From an uncultured Candidatus Saccharibacteria bacterium (GTDB lineage Bacteria; Patescibacteriota; Minisyncoccia; Phycocordibacterales; UBA9973): a DNA stretch of 64,000 nt. A model generated the notes under the pieces. The model was not told where the DNA came from. It ran no database searches and was given only the letters and a program-made list of their open reading frames with translations. The position numbers were made by a program, and so were the translations under genes. Positions 1 through 8,032 of this stretch are shown here, in pieces; position 1 is the stretch's first letter, and each line of letters opens with the position of its first letter. Where the stretch lies: positions 47,809 to 111,808 of the forward strand of contig CAZGNC010000003.1 in assembly GCA_964527235.1 (NCBI GenBank). Direction: 5' to 3'.

Positions 1-9
1 TATTTTCAA

Positions 10-1191
10 ATGTCTACCGAGGATACAACTAAATGCAGTGCATGCGGTACTGGATTCGTAAATCATAAAATCTTATACGTTTTAAGTATCCTGGAAGAAA
101 CCGTGGGAAGATACGGGGATGTCTTTTTCCGTTTCGTAGTTAAGAAAAACCCACAGAAACTAACCTCTGCAGTAGAGAAAATTATTTTCAATGTATTATC
201 TTGGATTAAAATTGTGCGTTTTAGTGATGATGTCGAGAAAGCCACAACCGGACGCTCTAAGTTAATATGGGAAGAAGCCCAAAGACGCAATATCCCTATG
301 CAACAGATAATACTCTGGGGGAAATACATCGAGTATTACCGCGCACGGATTAATGGCAAAATGCTTTACTTTCAAAGCTTGCCAATCCCCCTTCATCTGC
401 CCCAAGAAGGCTACAAATGGCTAGATGAAAAGAACGAACTCTTTAAAAGACTATCTTCAGACAACATCCCCGTTCCAAAAACAAAAAAGGTTTCAAGCTG
501 GAAAGAAGCCCTATGTGCATTCAAAGAAATGCAAAAACCTGTAATTATAAAACCCAACCTAGGATCCCGAGGCCGACACACCACCACCAACATAAACACC
601 GAGGAAGAATTAAAGAGTGCATTTGACTTAGTAAGAGTCATAGCTCGTTCATGTGTAGTGCAAGAGCATCTGAAAGGTAGCGTCTGTAGAGCCACCGTAA
701 TAAATAATGAATTAGTGGGTTTCTTTAAGGCTGATCCCCCACAAGTCACTGGCGACGGATTTAGCTCGATAGAAGAATTGGTGAAATCCAAAAACAGCAA
801 CCTCCCAGATCGCCTGTCGGAGATAGTTATAAACGAAGATGTATTAAGTTTCATAAAGAGACTAGGATATACCCCCGAAAGTATCCCAAAGAAAGATGAG
901 CTAGTAAATTTATCTGCAAAAACTGGCAGAATGTATGGTGGTGTCACTGAAGAAATGCTCTCTAGTGTTCATCCTAAAATGCATTCAATATTCGCCAAGG
1001 CTGGGTCTCTCGTGCAAGCTCCCGTAGTTGGATTTGATCTCATAATAGAAGACCCAACACAAGACCCAGAAAAGGTAAGGTGGGGAATCATCGAATGCAA
1101 TTCTTTGCCATTTATTGATCTACACTACTTTGCTCTCAAAGGTCCCCAGAACAATCTCGCTGTAAATATTTGGGATTTGTGGAATAAGTAA
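10..1191 (+). CDS. ATP-grasp domain protein (cyanophycin-synthetase N-terminal-like / RimK-type ligase)
   Basis: Motifs VIIKPNLGSRGRHTTTNI...EEELKSAFDL...VVQEHLKG...VGDGFSSIEEL follow the ATP-grasp pattern of CphA N-domain and Ddl/RimK; adjacent to mur genes. Confidence 0.55.
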   Translation: MSTEDTTKCSACGTGFVNHKILYVLSILEETVGRYGDVFFRFVVKKNPQKLTSAVEKIIFNVLSWIKIVRFSDDVEKATTGRSKLIWEEAQRRNIPMQQIILWGKYIEYYRARINGKMLYFQSLPIPLHLPQEGYKWLDEKNELFKRLSSDNIPVPKTKKVSSWKEALCAFKEMQKPVIIKPNLGSRGRHTTTNINTEEELKSAFDLVRVIARSCVVQEHLKGSVCRATVINNELVGFFKADPPQVTGDGFSSIEELVKSKNSNLPDRLSEIVINEDVLSFIKRLGYTPESIPKKDELVNLSAKTGRMYGGVTEEMLSSVHPKMHSIFAKAGSLVQAPVVGFDLIIEDPTQDPEKVRWGIIECNSLPFIDLHYFALKGPQNNLAVNIWDLWNK

Positions 1192-1193
1192 AC

Positions 1194-1225
1194 AAAAATC
1201 CCCGCCATGTGCGGGGATTTTTGTT
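1194..1225. terminator. bidirectional rho-independent terminator (ATCCCCGC-catgt-GCGGGGAT + T-run) between convergent genes
   Basis: Perfect 8-bp GC stem with 5-nt loop, A-run before and T-run after. Confidence 0.7.
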
Positions 1226-1232
1226 ATTGTTA

Positions 1233-1934
1233 TTAGCTAGCAGTTTCTTTATCTATGTTTTCACCAGGTAAAGCTATTGAATCTTCTCCAATAACGTTCA
1301 TGATTGAGATAACCTGTTCAGCGTATTTAGGTACAACTGAAGGAGGGTTATAAGCACGTAGTATCTGAATAGTTGTCTTATCATCATAGTGATAAGCAGT
1401 ATTAGGGTTGTTACCACCAAGGTTGCGAGCTACTGTTTCGATGGCCTTTTCGTTAGACTCGAAACCTATCTTACAAGAACCCCATCCGAAAGGATTGTTT
1501 TCAACTCTTTTACATTCGAACTTTCCTCCTGTAGATTCTCGGACAGCAATAGCTGCGATAAGTCTCCAATCAAGGCCGTTCTTCTCAGCTTCGACAACCA
1601 TCTTCATACCCATACCTTCAAGTGGCATAGAACGCTCCCTGAAATAAGTGTCTATGGCTTCAGCCTTCATCTTCAAGATTAGGGCTTGTGGGTCTACTTT
1701 TTCCTCCTCCTTACGAGAGAAGAATCCGTTAGAACCAACATTGAACTTCTGTGACAATACAAACTCAGAAGTCGACAAGATGCTTGCGCCTGTTTGAGGC
1801 ATTGTAGAAGCAGCACCTAGGGAACCTGACATACTTATAACCGGAAACAAGATAAACGCTTGAGCTATACGTATTAATTTATTGTTTTGCATAATTGGCG
1901 ATTGTGCTTCGCCGAACCAGTGAAAGTGATACAA
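1233..1934 (-). CDS. secreted peptidoglycan hydrolase-like protein (glucosaminidase-like motif)
   Basis: N-terminal hydrophobic segment; AIAVRESTGGK...NNPFGWG resembles the Glucosaminidase (ESGWG...NLFG) pattern. Confidence 0.35.
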   Translation of the reverse strand: MYHFHWFGEAQSPIMQNNKLIRIAQAFILFPVISMSGSLGAASTMPQTGASILSTSEFVLSQKFNVGSNGFFSRKEEEKVDPQALILKMKAEAIDTYFRERSMPLEGMGMKMVVEAEKNGLDWRLIAAIAVRESTGGKFECKRVENNPFGWGSCKIGFESNEKAIETVARNLGGNNPNTAYHYDDKTTIQILRAYNPPSVVPKYAEQVISIMNVIGEDSIALPGENIDKETAS

Positions 1935-2104
1935 ACCGACTTAAAATTAAAAAATCCTTATTTAATAAAGCTTACGCGATACTACTAAGGACTTACGTAT
2001 ATGATAGCATAAACCAACCCAAAAGTCAATAGTTAGACAATAAATTTGCCGTCTGTCAAATCAAAAAAACCTTGCAAAATAAGGCTTTTTTAGCTATATA
2101 CCCT

Positions 2105-2133
2105 TGACAATATAGGCTATAAATCAGTATAAT
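2105..2133 (+). promoter_or_regulatory. perfect consensus sigma70 promoter TTGACA-17-TATAAT firing antisense into murC 3' end
   Basis: TTGACA at 2105-2110, 17-nt spacer, TATAAT at 2128-2133. Confidence 0.4.
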
Positions 2134-2140
2134 TTAGGTG

Positions 2141-3436
2141 TTATTTCAAGCCGAACACTTTGTTGGTAATCTTGTATGCCTCCCCCGCCCCCATAGTGAC
2201 AAAAACATCCCCTTTACCTAGGTGAAGACTAGCGACAAACTGCTCTAAATCCTCGAAACTGGCAAAAGATTGGGAGTTTTGACTGTACTCCTGTACTTTT
2301 TCTGATAATTTTTCACTAGAAATACTTGGGTCCGGATCTTCCCTGGCAAAGTATATAGGTAAAAATAGTACCTGATCAGCATCGCTGAAGCTCTGACTAA
2401 ACTCATCGAAGAAGGCCCGAGTGCGACTGTATAGATGTGGTTGAAAGACCACGGTCAGCTTTTTGTCCCCCTTTGGGTAAATTCCCCTAAGAGCCCTGAG
2501 GCTCGCCCGGACTTCGGTCGGATGGTGAGCATAATCGTCGTAGATAATGAGCCCATTCGGGAGCTCGGCCCTCTTTTCAAGGCGTCTCCAAGTACCAGCG
2601 AACTCTGCCAGAGAATCCTGGGCGACTTTTTCATCTACACCAAGTACATCTGCCACCGCAAGTGCTACTGCAGCATCCATGCGGTTGTGCTCACCAGGAA
2701 CTTTGAGCTCTGGGACCTTTTGTAAAAAATTAGAATATTCAGTAATCTTGTATTCGCTTTGATCTAGGAATTTATTAAATGCGTCTTTGATATCATCTAG
2801 GTCTTTATAGCAGTCCAAGTGGTCGGCTTCGATGTTGGTAATAGCCCCGACAAACGGATGGAAGTTGAGCATGTGTCTGTTGTACTCGTCTGCTTCAACT
2901 ACAAGATATTCACTTTTACCTGCACGAAAATTACTACCGAATTTCTTCACAAACGACCCTACGATAACTGTCGGGTCAAGTCCTGCGTCCGCCAGAATTC
3001 CCGCGACCATAGCGGTCGTGGTAGTTTTACCATGAGTACCTGAAATCGCGATAACTTTGTATTCTTTCGCGACCTCACCAAGTGCTTCGAAGTAGCTAAG
3101 CACTGGTTTGCCAGTACGCCTCGCTTCTTCTAGAATCTCTGGCCCGCGATACAGCCACGCATCAGAATAGATATACAAATCTGCTTCGGGTAGAGAAGTA
3201 AACTTCTGCGAATGGTCGACGTTGCCAAGCAGGAGATCCTGAGCAGGAGTTTGCTTCTCTTTTAAAAAAACTTTGATTCCGGCACTTCTTAACAAATTTA
3301 CAGTGTCCCCCTCTTCATCATTTAACCCGAGAACTTCTACACCCCTACTCTGAAACATCTGAGCCAAAGCCGAAATACCGATACCACCTATACCTATACA
3401 GAACACTTTTTTAATTTTTGAAATTTCTAATTGCAT
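2141..3436 (-). CDS. murC: UDP-N-acetylmuramate--L-alanine ligase
   Basis: N-terminal FCIGIGGIGISALA Rossmann motif typical of MurC; P-loop GTHGKTTTTAM; Mur ligase C-terminal region. Confidence 0.9.
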   Translation of the reverse strand: MQLEISKIKKVFCIGIGGIGISALAQMFQSRGVEVLGLNDEEGDTVNLLRSAGIKVFLKEKQTPAQDLLLGNVDHSQKFTSLPEADLYIYSDAWLYRGPEILEEARRTGKPVLSYFEALGEVAKEYKVIAISGTHGKTTTTAMVAGILADAGLDPTVIVGSFVKKFGSNFRAGKSEYLVVEADEYNRHMLNFHPFVGAITNIEADHLDCYKDLDDIKDAFNKFLDQSEYKITEYSNFLQKVPELKVPGEHNRMDAAVALAVADVLGVDEKVAQDSLAEFAGTWRRLEKRAELPNGLIIYDDYAHHPTEVRASLRALRGIYPKGDKKLTVVFQPHLYSRTRAFFDEFSQSFSDADQVLFLPIYFAREDPDPSISSEKLSEKVQEYSQNSQSFASFEDLEQFVASLHLGKGDVFVTMGAGEAYKITNKVFGLK

Positions 3437-4741
3437 TTATTTCAGTTTTTTAACCAAATTCATAAACTTCTCTCCCCTGTCATATTCATTTTTAAACATA
3501 TTAAAAGATGCAAAGGCTGGGCTAAATAATATAATATCCCCTGCTTTGGCGAATTTGTACGCTCTTTTAACGGCTTCGGCTAAATCTTTAACTTTTTCTA
3601 AATCTGCTTTCACATTCACCTTATCACTTCCCGCCCCTGGAGTAAGATATATCCTCTTGGTCCTTTCTGGGAGAATCTTCAGTAATTGCTCCAATGGCAA
3701 CTTCTTGTCCATACCACCCATTATCAAAATAACTTTCTCAGAAAAAGAATTTAGCGCAGCGATTGTCGCATCCGGGGTAGTAGAATTTGTATCATTAAAT
3801 ATTCTCACGCCGTTAAACTTGCGCGCTAATTCTAGCCTACCAGGCATGGTTTTAAACCCTTCTACCGCTTTACGGACCTTATCTTCATCTATATTTAAAA
3901 GCTTGGCAACTTCGATCGCACAAGCAATATTCTCTAAGTTGTGAGCCCCCGGAACTTTGATTTTCCAGTCTACGGGAACTTTATCAGGATCAGCTACCAG
4001 AGTCTTCTGTGGACCCTTCGGAATTTTATCCGCAAGATTTTTGCCAACAACCAATGCATCTCCCTTCTTCTGAAATTTATACACATAAGACTTGTCTAAG
4101 AAATATTGATTCATATCTTCACGGTAGTAATTCATATGATCTGGCATGAAGTTAGTGAAAACTGCAATGTTGGGTGAGATCATCGCCTCGCCGAAACCCT
4201 GCAACTGCCAAGAAGATAATTCAAATACTGCAATGTCTCCTGGCTTTACTTTTTTAAGCAGTGGTAGAGCTGCTGTACCTAAAACATTTCCTCCTAAATA
4301 CACCCGCACACCTGCGCTCTTTAAGATTTTATAAATTAGCGCAGTAGTAGTGCTCTTTCCACGAGTGCCAGTAATACCGATAATTTTGACTTCAGGTGCT
4401 AACTTTGCAAAAAGCGATTCATCCATCTCAACTGGAATGCCTTGCTCGCGTGCATGCGCGATATAGGGAGAATCAAGCGCTACTCCCTGGCCCTTTAGTA
4501 TAAAATCTTTATCTTCAAAGTCTTCAAATCTATGTTCGCCTAAAACATAAGTAATATTATCCTCGTACTTAGCTAATTTCTTTACAGAGGGTAGAAGCTC
4601 TTTTCTAGTCTTAAGATCAGTGACTGTGATATGCGCACCGCATTCCGCCATAAAAGCAATATCACCCAAGCGCTTACCCAGAAGCCCGAGCCCTACGACA
4701 GTAACATGCTTATCTTTGAAATATTTCTTATAATCAACCAT
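3437..4741 (-). CDS. murD: UDP-N-acetylmuramoylalanine--D-glutamate ligase
   Basis: VTVVGLGLLGK N-terminal motif, GITGTRGKSTTTALI P-loop, Mur ligase architecture; abuts murC. Confidence 0.9.
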   Translation of the reverse strand: MVDYKKYFKDKHVTVVGLGLLGKRLGDIAFMAECGAHITVTDLKTRKELLPSVKKLAKYEDNITYVLGEHRFEDFEDKDFILKGQGVALDSPYIAHAREQGIPVEMDESLFAKLAPEVKIIGITGTRGKSTTTALIYKILKSAGVRVYLGGNVLGTAALPLLKKVKPGDIAVFELSSWQLQGFGEAMISPNIAVFTNFMPDHMNYYREDMNQYFLDKSYVYKFQKKGDALVVGKNLADKIPKGPQKTLVADPDKVPVDWKIKVPGAHNLENIACAIEVAKLLNIDEDKVRKAVEGFKTMPGRLELARKFNGVRIFNDTNSTTPDATIAALNSFSEKVILIMGGMDKKLPLEQLLKILPERTKRIYLTPGAGSDKVNVKADLEKVKDLAEAVKRAYKFAKAGDIILFSPAFASFNMFKNEYDRGEKFMNLVKKLK

Positions 4742-4763
4742 TAAAATATACTACCATAACAAA

Positions 4764-4792
4764 TTGACAAATGTGAGGGATAATAATATCCT
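4764..4792 (+). promoter_or_regulatory. sigma70-like promoter TTGACA-17-TATCCT upstream of GC-rich cassette 1
   Basis: TTGACA 4764-4769, TATCCT 4787-4792. Confidence 0.45.
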
Positions 4793-4839
4793 CTTCGTTA
4801 GATAGCAACTTGCGCTGAAACCCGAACCGGGAGGGGCAC

Positions 4840-5253
4840 ATGAAGATCACCATAGCGATAACCATCGTGTTGTCTGCCATCTTGGTAGCAATGCCCAACC
4901 CGTTTGGGTTAAGAGAAGTAAGAACGCCTGATCCACGTGAAGGACGAATCGTGAATCCTGATTCGTCGGGAGGATGGAGTGCGTACGCCAAGGGCCACGC
5001 CAAGACTCGATGCGGCGTGTACTTCTTCCGCGAGAAAGAGGGGCTGCGATTCGTATTCAGTCGCCCAGACTCGGTACGAAGAAGCAATGGTGCGAGAGAT
5101 ACTGAAAGACTCGCACTTGCAAAGAGCTTCACCGCTCAAGGAGCAGAAGAAGACACGCCTAGCGCAATCGAGCTAGGAGGATGGAAGTTCGAAATACGAA
5201 TACCAGAGGAGGACACGAAGAGTATGTCGTGTCTCAAGCAACCCCCGCCGTGA
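4840..5253 (+). CDS. GC-rich cassette 1: small protein (137 aa) with N-terminal signal/TM segment, unknown function
   Basis: SD GGGAGGGG 5 nt upstream of ATG. N-terminus MKITIAITIVLSAILVAMP is hydrophobic. GC about 55 percent versus about 37 percent flanks. Stop codon lies inside the first of two terminator hairpins. Could alternatively be a structured ncRNA. Confidence 0.4.
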   Translation: MKITIAITIVLSAILVAMPNPFGLREVRTPDPREGRIVNPDSSGGWSAYAKGHAKTRCGVYFFREKEGLRFVFSRPDSVRRSNGARDTERLALAKSFTAQGAEEDTPSAIELGGWKFEIRIPEEDTKSMSCLKQPPP

Positions 5254-5315
5254 ATATAGCCGGCGGGGGAAGATCGAAAGCAACACACCAAAAAATATTT
5301 GGTGTGCTTTTATTT
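5242..5315 (+). terminator. tandem hairpin terminators (CCCCCGCCG..CGGCGGGGG then CACACC..GGTGTG + T-run); second also serves murE on the minus strand
   Basis: 9-bp GC stem then 6-bp stem followed by CTTTTATTT. Confidence 0.6.
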
Positions 5316-6570
5316 AGAATAACTTCTGAAACTCTTCAACATCATTGAAGTGGTGTTTAACCCCCTTGATGTCTTGATAATCTTCGTGACCCTTGCCGGC
5401 ACACAGAATAATATCCCCTTTCTCTGCTAAACGCATGCTTTCTTCGATAGCTTCGCGTCTGTTAGGAATAGCCTTTATGTTCTCAGAAGAACCAGGCAGA
5501 AGATCGGACTGCATTTCCCATATTATTTTCTCGGGATCTTCGTTGCGTGGATTGTCAGATGTGAAAATAGCTATATCAGAAAGTGTAGCTCCAATACGGC
5601 CCATCTTCGAACGCTTGAGCGGGTCACGGTCTCCCCCGCAACCAAAAACCGAAATTAATTTCTTACCCTCAGGTTTGATTTCGCGCGCGACCATTAGCAC
5701 TTTCTCTAAAGCGTCTGGAGTATGGGCATAATCAACGATAACCAGGACGCCCTTGGGTGAAGTGAAGTGCTCAAATCTGCCACGAGGAGGCTCGATAGTT
5801 TCTAGTATTTTATTCACTTTTGCCATATCAAAACCAAGTAAATTGCTAACAGACCAGACAGTAAGCAGGTTGTAGGCATTGAACTTCCCCAGAAGCTTTG
5901 ACTTTATATTAGTCTTTTCAAATCGCAGTTCTAAACCTGAAAAATCAGCTTTTACTAACTCTCCTCTGAAAGAATTATACAAAGTCGCGGTGCCGTCAAC
6001 GTTCGAAAATTCATAAAGATATTTTCTGGCTTGAATGCCTTCTAACATTTTCTTCCCGTACTCATCATCAGCATTAGAAAGGGCGAAGGCGCTCTCAGGA
6101 AGCATCTGGAAGAACTTCTTCTTGGCTTCAAAATATTTCTCAAATGTCTGATGATAGTCTAAGTGATCATGAGTAAGGTTGGTGAAAATCCCCCCAGCAA
6201 ACTTTATTCCTGCAACTCTATTCTGATCTACAGCGTGAGAAGAGACTTCCATAAATACATATTCGCAACCTTTTTCTACCATTTCGTCTAGAAGTTTAGT
6301 TAAAGTCACCGAATCCGGTGTGGTGTGAGTCACACCCCTAACTTCCCCAGCTATTATATTTTCTACGGTCCCAATAAGCCCTGCTTTGTATCCCAAGGCA
6401 GTTGTGATTCGATACAGAAGTGTCGCGGTAGTGGTCTTACCATTCGTACCTGTAACACCAACAACTTTCAACTTTCTAGAAGGATTGCCGAAATAGTGCC
6501 TTGCCGAAAAAGACTTTACCCTCCACCAAATCTTCTTTAGATTTTTGATAATTGGTTTCATTTTATTCAC
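5314..6570 (-). CDS. murE: UDP-N-acetylmuramoyl-L-alanyl-D-glutamate--2,6-diaminopimelate (or L-Lys) ligase
   Basis: VVGVTGTNGKTTTA P-loop, MEVSSHA motif, DYAHTPDALEKVL and GDRD motifs. The listed start is GTG; an internal ATG at about 6561 is equally plausible. Confidence 0.85.
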   Translation of the reverse strand: MNKMKPIIKNLKKIWWRVKSFSARHYFGNPSRKLKVVGVTGTNGKTTTATLLYRITTALGYKAGLIGTVENIIAGEVRGVTHTTPDSVTLTKLLDEMVEKGCEYVFMEVSSHAVDQNRVAGIKFAGGIFTNLTHDHLDYHQTFEKYFEAKKKFFQMLPESAFALSNADDEYGKKMLEGIQARKYLYEFSNVDGTATLYNSFRGELVKADFSGLELRFEKTNIKSKLLGKFNAYNLLTVWSVSNLLGFDMAKVNKILETIEPPRGRFEHFTSPKGVLVIVDYAHTPDALEKVLMVAREIKPEGKKLISVFGCGGDRDPLKRSKMGRIGATLSDIAIFTSDNPRNEDPEKIIWEMQSDLLPGSSENIKAIPNRREAIEESMRLAEKGDIILCAGKGHEDYQDIKGVKHHFNDVEEFQKLF

Positions 6571-6781
6571 CTAAAAATTCAAAACGATGCATTTTCTTCC
6601 CCTCAAATTCTACTTCTTCTAGAAACATACCAATAGGTCTAACCCACATAGAGTAGTCATCGTAAAGCTTTCGATAAACTACTAAATCCTCACCAGTCTC
6701 AGAATGCTCTGCCACGCCCAACACTTGATACTCTTTACCCTTATAATGCCTATATCTACCAAGTTTTATATTGTTTCTCAT
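6563..6781 (-). CDS. DUF1653 family small protein
   Basis: YRHYKGKEYQVLGVAEHSETGEDLVVYRKLY...WVRPIGMFLE matches the DUF1653 signature. Confidence 0.7.
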   Translation of the reverse strand: MRNNIKLGRYRHYKGKEYQVLGVAEHSETGEDLVVYRKLYDDYSMWVRPIGMFLEEVEFEGKKMHRFEFLGE

Positions 6782-8013
6782 TTACTAATTCTAGCACTTT
6801 TGACCTTATATATGAAAACAAGGCCTGCGGAGAAAACGACTAGGGAACCAAATATAATAGGCACGAAAGATGCCGTTGCCGCAGCAATTACTCCAGCAAA
6901 TATTGGAGGGATGGCCTGGCCCAAAGAAGCCACCGACGAGCTGATACCCATGACTTCTCCGCGCATTTTGGGCTCAGTCTCCTTAGTCAGGAAAGATGAA
7001 AAATTTGCCATTTGCACACCATTCGGAATAGAAGCAAAAGGAACAATTATTAGTAAGTACCAGGCCTTACTTGGAAGTAAATACAGCAAAACCCCTAAAG
7101 CATTCAAAATATATGCAGGGCCTAGTATGTCGACTTCTTTATATTTCTTGGCAAGATACCTAACCACAACCACTTGCGTCACGATAATCCATACTCCGAT
7201 ATATGCAAAGAAATTCCCTATTTCTGCCGGAGAAAGACTGAATTTATTAGTTAGATACACGTTAAAGAATGAATAGAAGAAAGCACTCCCGGCATTAAAC
7301 AGGAAACCACACAAGAGAAGCATCCTTATTTCTTTTGGGAATTTCTGCGTACTGATTATATTTTTGACAGCACTAAGCATGTCCACCTTTCGCTCATGAT
7401 CTTTGTGTTCAATACTTTCTTTAAAGAAGAAATAAATCGAAAATGCATTAAACAAAGAAAAAAGTCCTGAAAATATAAATGGCGTAGATGCATTAAAGAA
7501 TGGCAAAACCGACGGAGTAGAAAGTACCCCTCCTAAAAATGGACCAACAATAAAACCCAAACCAAATGCTGCACCCATAGCGCCAAATGCTTTCGCTCTG
7601 TGCTCGTGATGTGCTGAGTCTGCGATAGCAGCTTGCGCCACTGAGATGTTCCCTCCCGTTACCCCATCAACCAATCTTGAGGCGAAGAGTAAGAAAATAT
7701 TCTTGGTAAGAATAGCGTAGGCAAAAATAAAATACGATATTGCAGTACCTAGTATAGAGATAAATAGTACTGGCTTGCGACCATATTTATCTGACATCGC
7801 TCCCAAGACAGGCGCCATGAAGAACACCGCAAAGGGATAAATCGCCATTAAAATACCAAGCAAAATCAAGCCTAAATCTACCTGGGAAGCCTGCAATAGG
7901 TAATATGGCGAATTCGGCTCACCTAGAAGTTGAGGAATAACTGGAATCAGAATACCCACTCCCAGCATGTCTAGAAAAATTGTCAGAAATAAAAACCACA
8001 GTTTTTTATTCAT
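6778..8013 (-). CDS. MFS transporter
   Basis: About 12 TM helices; MFS motif A-like GAMSDKYGRKPVL. Confidence 0.8.
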   Translation of the reverse strand: MNKKLWFLFLTIFLDMLGVGILIPVIPQLLGEPNSPYYLLQASQVDLGLILLGILMAIYPFAVFFMAPVLGAMSDKYGRKPVLFISILGTAISYFIFAYAILTKNIFLLFASRLVDGVTGGNISVAQAAIADSAHHEHRAKAFGAMGAAFGLGFIVGPFLGGVLSTPSVLPFFNASTPFIFSGLFSLFNAFSIYFFFKESIEHKDHERKVDMLSAVKNIISTQKFPKEIRMLLLCGFLFNAGSAFFYSFFNVYLTNKFSLSPAEIGNFFAYIGVWIIVTQVVVVRYLAKKYKEVDILGPAYILNALGVLLYLLPSKAWYLLIIVPFASIPNGVQMANFSSFLTKETEPKMRGEVMGISSSVASLGQAIPPIFAGVIAAATASFVPIIFGSLVVFSAGLVFIYKVKSARISK

Positions 8014-8032
8014 AGGCTATAAAGAACAAAAT

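Noticed and set aside
4734-5176. Minus- and plus-strand ORFs overlapping cassette 1 (4734-5132 -, 4909-5139 -, 4979-5176 +)
   Set aside because: Overlapping shadow ORFs in a GC-rich segment. Only the 4840-5253 frame is preceded by the SD and ends at the terminator.
4760-5315. tmRNA, RNase P RNA or SRP RNA at the GC-rich murD-murE island
   Set aside because: I looked for GGGGCUG...UCCACCA tRNA-like ends, the P4 AGGAAAGUCCGGGCUCC motif and SRP domain IV motifs on both strands and did not find them. Kept as an alternative in the findings, but not annotated as an RNA gene.
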